Translations under genes and position numbers: made by a program | Source: an uncultured bacterium | GTDB taxonomy: Bacteria > Acidobacteriota > Thermoanaerobaculia > Multivoradales > JAHZIX01 | Reading direction: 5' to 3' | NCBI GenBank assembly: GCA_965368975.1 | Contig: CBDUPA010000003.1 | Coordinates: forward strand, 128,001 to 192,000 | Length of the DNA stretch: 64,000 nt | Notes under the pieces: generated by a model | Databases searched by the model: none | The model's input: only the letters and a program-made list of their open reading frames with translations | Told to the model about the DNA's origin: nothing | Shown: piece by piece, positions 12,001 through 18,000 of the stretch | Layout: every line of letters starts with the position of its first letter | Position numbering within the stretch: the stretch's first letter is position 1

Positions 12001-15000
12001 GGCACCGACGGTGGCACGCTTGACGGATCGATTGGTGCAGCCACCGCCACACGCGACGGGTGGTGCACGGCCTGAGCCCGCCAGGGCCCTTCGCCGGCAG
12101 CGGGGCGATCAGGGGCCGTTGTCGTTCGCCCAGCGCCGCCTGTGGTTGGTCGATCGGCTGAATCCCGGTGATGCCGGCTATCACTTGCCGGTTGCCTGGC
12201 AGATCGCCGGAAGGTTGCAGATCGCGGCTCTCGTCGCGGCGGCTCGCTTCTTGGTGTGCCGGCACGCGGGGCTGCGAACCCACTTTCCGCGGCGAGACGG
12301 CCGGCCTCGGCAGGTCGTGGTGCCGGTCGAGAAGGTGGCAGCAGGTCGGCTGCGGGTGCCGTGCATCGACCTGCGGCGTCTGGGCCCGGCGGCACTCGAG
12401 CACGGGCGCGAGCTCCTGCACCGTTCGGCGCTTCGCCCCTTTGATCTGGCGCGGGGTCCCCTCTTGCGCTGGCGGCTCTTGCGTCTCGGCGAAGCCGACC
12501 ACCTCCTGCAGTGGGAGCAGCATCACATCGTCTCGGACGGTTGGTCGAAGAGCATCTTCCAGCGGGAACTGAGCGCGGCCTACGCGTCCTTTGCGGCGGG
12601 GCAAGGGCCACCGGTGCTGCCAGTGTTGCCGTTGCGCTACCTCGACTTCGCCGTCTGGCAGCGGCGACGCTTACGTGGAGCCAGCAAGGCGCGCCTGACG
12701 GCGGGCTGGCGGCGCCTGCTGGACGGCTTTCGCCCCGTAGAGCTGCCGCTGGACAGGTCGCTCGAGCGGCCACCTGGCCCCGGGGTGACTGGTGGAGGGC
12801 TGGCCGAGCGGCGCCTGCCGGCGGCACTGTGGCACCGGGTCCAGGCTGCTGCACGAGCCGCTGGCGTCACGCCCTTCATGTGGTTGTCGGCCAGCTTCCT
12901 GAGCCTGCTCGGCCGGCTCAGTGGTCGCCGGGACCCCGCCGTGGCGGTGCCGACGGCCCGCCGTGATCGACCGGAGCTGGAAGGCATCCTCGGGTTCTTC
13001 GTCAACCTGGTCGTGCTGCGCACCGATCTGCGCGTGCCCAGCTTCAGCGACCTCGTGCGCCAGCTGCGCGACACGACTCTGGCAGCCTTTGATCTCGAAG
13101 AGCTGCCGTTCGACTTGTTGGTGCGCGCGCTCTTGCCCGAAGAGCACGGCGCGGAGCGCGGCGCGTATCGCTACCGGCAGGCGGATACCCGGCGACATCG
13201 GGATCCGACCTTGCCGCTGGTGCCGGCCGTCTTTGCGCTGCAGTCGCCAGCCGCAGCGCCCGTCTGGCCAGGGGTCGAGCTACGGCCGTTCGATCTAGAC
13301 CTCTGCCCGCCGCGGGCGCGGCTCGAGGTCTTCGCCTGGCCGCTGCGTCCAGAGACAAACGGCGATGCTGGCTTGCAGCTCCTGTGGTTGTACCGTCGCC
13401 AGTGCCTGGACACCACGACGGTCGAGCGCTGGCTGGACAGCTGGCAGATTCTGATCGATGCCGCACTGACCTCGCCCGAGATGCGCGTCGAGGCCTTACC
13501 GCTGGTCGCGGAGGCCAGCCGCCAGCAACTGCTGCGCGAGTGGCAAGGACGGGTGGTGTCGCACGATATGGACGTCAGCCTGCCAGCCTGGATCGCCGCG
13601 CAGGCCCGACGGACGCCGGAGGCGCTCGCGGTGCTCGACGACCGTAGCGGTCACCACCTGAGCTATCGAACGCTGGTGCAACGTGCCGGGGACCTGGGGC
13701 AGCGGCTGCAGCGGGCCTTGGAGCGCCGGAACTGTCCGCAAGGGCCGGTCGCTGTAGAGCTGGAGCGCGGACCCGAGTTGCTGACTTCGCTGCTGGCCGT
13801 GCTGTGGGCCGGCGCGGCGTATCTGGCAATCGACCCGGCGCTGCCACGCGAGCGCCGGTCCGAATTGCGGGCGGTCGGGAGTCTGTGGCTGCACCGGCCG
13901 CGGCGAGGAGAGGTGCGGCCGGAAGGCGTACCGGTGCCTGTGCATCCTGAGGCAGCCGCCTATGTCGTGCACACCTCGGGGTCGAGTGGCCGACCGAAGG
14001 GAGTCGTGATACCGCATGCGGCGCTGCTCAATCACCTGCGCTGGATGCAGCGTTGCCTGCCGCTGCGCCCGGCGGATCGGCTGCTGCAGAAGACGCCGCT
14101 GTCCTTCGACGCTGCGATGTGGGAGCTGTGGACTCCGCTGGTTGCCGGTGGCGTGTTGGTGCTCGCTCATCCCGACGTCCAGCGGCGACCCCGAGCGTTG
14201 CTGGCGACCATCGCGCGGCGCGGTATCAGCGTGTTGCAACTGGTGCCCTCGCACTTGCGCTGGCTCTGGCGCACAGGTGCCGGCTGGCGCGCCCTGCGCC
14301 GCTTGCGCCGCTTGCTGTGCGGTGGCGAACGACTGGACCTCGACTTGCTGCGCGCGGTTCGCAGGCGTCTGCCGGACGTCGAGCTGATCAACCTCTACGG
14401 TCCCGCGGAGGTGACGATCGATGCGACCTTCGCGCACCTGTCCGCGGCTCCTGCGCCGCCGCGCGGCGTACCTCCGATCGGGCGTCCGCTCGACGGCATC
14501 CGGGCCCTGGTGCTGGACCGCCACCAATGCTGGCTGCCGGTAGGGGTTGCCGGCGAGCTCGGCCTGGGTGGCGTTGGGTTGGCGCGCGGCTACTTGCAGC
14601 AGGCGGCGGCGACGGCAGCCGTCTTCGTCCCCGATGCCCTTGGTTCGCCCGGCAGCCGTCTCTACCGCAGCGGAGACTTGGCGCGCTGGCGCGCGGATGG
14701 TCAACTCGAGATCCTCGGCCGGATCGACCGCCAGCTGTCGATCCGGGGCCGGCGCCTGGAGCCTGCCGAGATCGAGTCCTTGCTGCGCCGCCATGCAGGG
14801 GTGGCGGAAGCGGTCGTCGTGGCGAGCCGCCGCCCGGAGCCTCGTAAGGGGCCTCGCTGGCAGTCGGGGTCGCCACGCCTGCTGGCGTACGTGGTGCCCG
14901 CTTCGGTCGAATCCTTGGTCGCTTCCGGTGGGGCCGCGCAGCAGCACTCCAGCTGGCGGGTCGAGGAGTGGCGGCAGGTCTACGAGGAAGTCTACCGACA

Positions 15001-18000
15001 GCCGGCAGCCGCCGCGCCAGAGGAAGATTTCAGCGGCTGGACGCGTAGCAGCGATGGCCAGCCGATCCCCGAGGCGGAGATGCGTGAGTGGTTGGAGCAC
15101 ACGGTGGAGCGTGTGCGCGCGCTGGGTGGCCGTCGCATCCTGGAGATCGGTTGCGGTTCGGGGTTGCTGCTCTGGCGGCTGGCGAGCGGCTGCCGAAGCT
15201 ACCTGGGTACCGATTTCTCGGCCACCGTCATCGCCCGCTTGCAGGCACAGCTGGCCGAGCGCGATCGACGCTGGCAAGGCGTGAGCGTAGAGCGCCGGCT
15301 GGCGGACGACTTCGAGGGGCTGGAGTTCGATTCTTTCGACGTGGTGGTGGTCAATTCGGTGGCTCAGTACTTCCCAGACCTCGGCTATCTGCAGCGTGTG
15401 CTGGAGGGGGCGCTGGCGTGCCTGGCACCTGGTGGCAGCCTGTTCGTCGGCGACGTGCGCAGCCTGCCGTTGCTCGAGGCCTTCCATCTCGAGGTGGCGG
15501 CCGTGGACGCAACAGGAGAGCGGCTGCTGCGGCGTGCGCGCCAGCGGCGGCAAGAAGACCCAGAACTGGTGCTGCATCCGGACTTCTTCCGCCGCCTGGC
15601 GCAGCGCCATGGTCTCGGCTTGCAGCTGCTGGCCAAAGCTGGCCGGGCGTGCAACGAGCTGACGCGCTACCGGTACGATGCCGTGCTGCGTCGCCGTCCG
15701 GTGACGTCACCGGTTCGGGTGGCTGCCTGGGACGAGGTGACGGGGCAGCACCGGCCGGCCGGCCGCCCTGCCGCGCTCGCTGCCTGGCTGCGCGATACGC
15801 CGGCCGACACGGTCGCCGTTACCAGCGTGCCAGACCGCAGGCTCGCCGAACCCCTGCAGCGGCTACTGCGCTGGACGGGAATCTCGCCCTGGTCCGGTTC
15901 GGGCGTGGCCGAAGTGGTGCGTCGGGGTGCAGAGGAGCCGGCTGAGGTCGAGGGTTTCGATGTCGAGGACTTGCGCCAGGGTTTCCTCGCCGCTGGCTAT
16001 CACGCACAGCCGCATCTCTCCGCACGCGGTCCCGGCTGGGTCGATCTGGTGGCGCGGCGGGCCGGGGTCGTGGCGGAGCCCGTCGCGCTGCCAGCCGGTG
16101 CAGCAGCGGCGCTCGCCGACCGCCAGCTGAGCAACCGCCCTTGGGGGGGCGGGACGCTGGGTGAGCTGGAGACCAGCCTGCGCCAGTATCTGCAGCGCTG
16201 GTTACCGGCGGCCTTGGTGCCGGCCCACTTTGTGCGGCTGAACGCGTTGCCGCGTCTGGCTGGCGGCAAGCTCGATCGTTCTGCCCTGCCGCAAGAGCAG
16301 CCTCAATCCCAGCCTCATCAGGAGCCCCTACCGTCGCCGGCCTTGTTGCCCGGAGAGTCGCGGCAAGCATACCGACCCAAGGGCTCGTTGGAGCGCATGG
16401 TGGCCGATGTTTGGCAGCGCGTGCTGGGTGTCCGTGGTGTGGGGCGCGACGATCATTTCTTCCAGCTCGGCGGTCACTCTTTGCTTGCTACGCGGGTAGC
16501 GACGCGCTTGAGTCGCCGCCTGGGAGTCGACGTGCCTCTTCGCTGTCTTTTTGAGGCGCCGGTGCTCTGGCGCCTGGCGCAGCACCTCTCTTCCTTGCGG
16601 GCAGCCTCGAGGGCGAAAGCCTCCGCAGTCCTGACGCCCGACCGGAGGTCGACCCCCGGCAGGCTGCCGCGCCTGTCCGCGGCGCGGCGCTGCCGGCCGC
16701 TGCCGCTGTCCTTCGCCCAGCGCCGGCTGTGGTTCGTGCACCGGCTGCGACCGGCGGATCCGGCCTACAACGTCTTCGCCGCGTTGCGTCTAGAGGGGAC
16801 TCTCGATGCGGCAGCTCTGCACCGAGCCTTCGGCCACCTACAGGCCCGTCACGAGATCCTGCGCACCCGCTTCGTGGAGATCGACGGCCGGCCGCGCCAG
16901 ATCGTCGAACCGGCAGCTGCGGAGGGGGTGGGGAGCAGGATCCGGTTCGTCTACCTCGACCTGCAGCGGTTGGTCTCAGCAAAAAACACCGTGCAAGCAA
17001 GGACCGTGCTGGACCTGCTGCGTACGGCCAGCGGTGTACCCTTCGCGCTGGACCTTGCTGGAGCGTGGCGTGCCGGTCTGCTGCGTTTGGCGCCGGACCA
17101 GCACGTCTTGTGGTTGGTACTACATCACATCGTTTCGGACGGCTGGTCGCAGAGTGTGCTGTACCGTGAGCTGGAGACCTTCTATCGCCGTGAAGTGGGG
17201 GCCGACGCGGCCGCGCTGCCCGCCTTGCCGGTGCAGGTTGTCGACTTCGCCCAATGGCAGCGTAAGCGTCTGCGTGGTCTGGCGCTGCGCCGCCAGCTAG
17301 CGTGGTGGCGACGCTGTCTGCGTGGGCTTGAACCGCTGGCGTTGCCGTACGATCGCTCGCTGCCCTCCGTCGAGACGCAGCCACCTGGGGCCGTGGTTCG
17401 ACGTGTCCTCGACGGCGATCTGTGGCGGCGAGTCGAGGCGGCGGGACGGCGGGCAGAAGCGACACCGTTCATGGTTCTCCTGTCCGCCTATTTCCTGTTG
17501 CTGCAGGGGTTGACCCCGCGGCTCGACGCTGCACGCCGCGATGTCACGGTGGGCACGCCGGTTGCCGGCCGGCACCACCCGCGGCTCGAAGGTTTGATCG
17601 GCTGTTTCGTCAACACTCTTGTGCTGCGTGCACCGGGGGGGCCGCGCGAGGCTCAGGAAAGCTGCCAGGCCGTTGTCGCCTCCGGGGACAGCACCGTCGA
17701 GGGTTGGCTGCGAGCGGTGCGCGTGCTGGTGATCGACGCGTTCGCGCGGCAAGAAGTGCCGTTCGAGCGCCTGGTCGAAGTGTTACGGCCGCGACGCGAG
17801 CTGCAGCGCAGTCCACTCTTCCAGGCCGCGCTGGCCTTGCACAACACGCCGGCAGTCGACTTCCATCTGCCGGGTATTCGAGTGGCGGCGCAAGAGGTGC
17901 CGCTCGACAAGGCCCGCTTCGAGGCCGAATTGCACGCCTGGCCCCTCGCTGACGGGGGTGCGACGCAAACTTCTGGAGGAGCTACCGGCGCAGGCGGCTG

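Noticed and set aside
13496-15610. 704-aa antisense ORF and many other long shadow ORFs (e.g. 11430-12854, 22050-23870, 26886-28277, 54015-55586)
   Set aside because: They lie opposite or within well-supported genes, show no recognisable motifs and are expected from high-GC codon bias.
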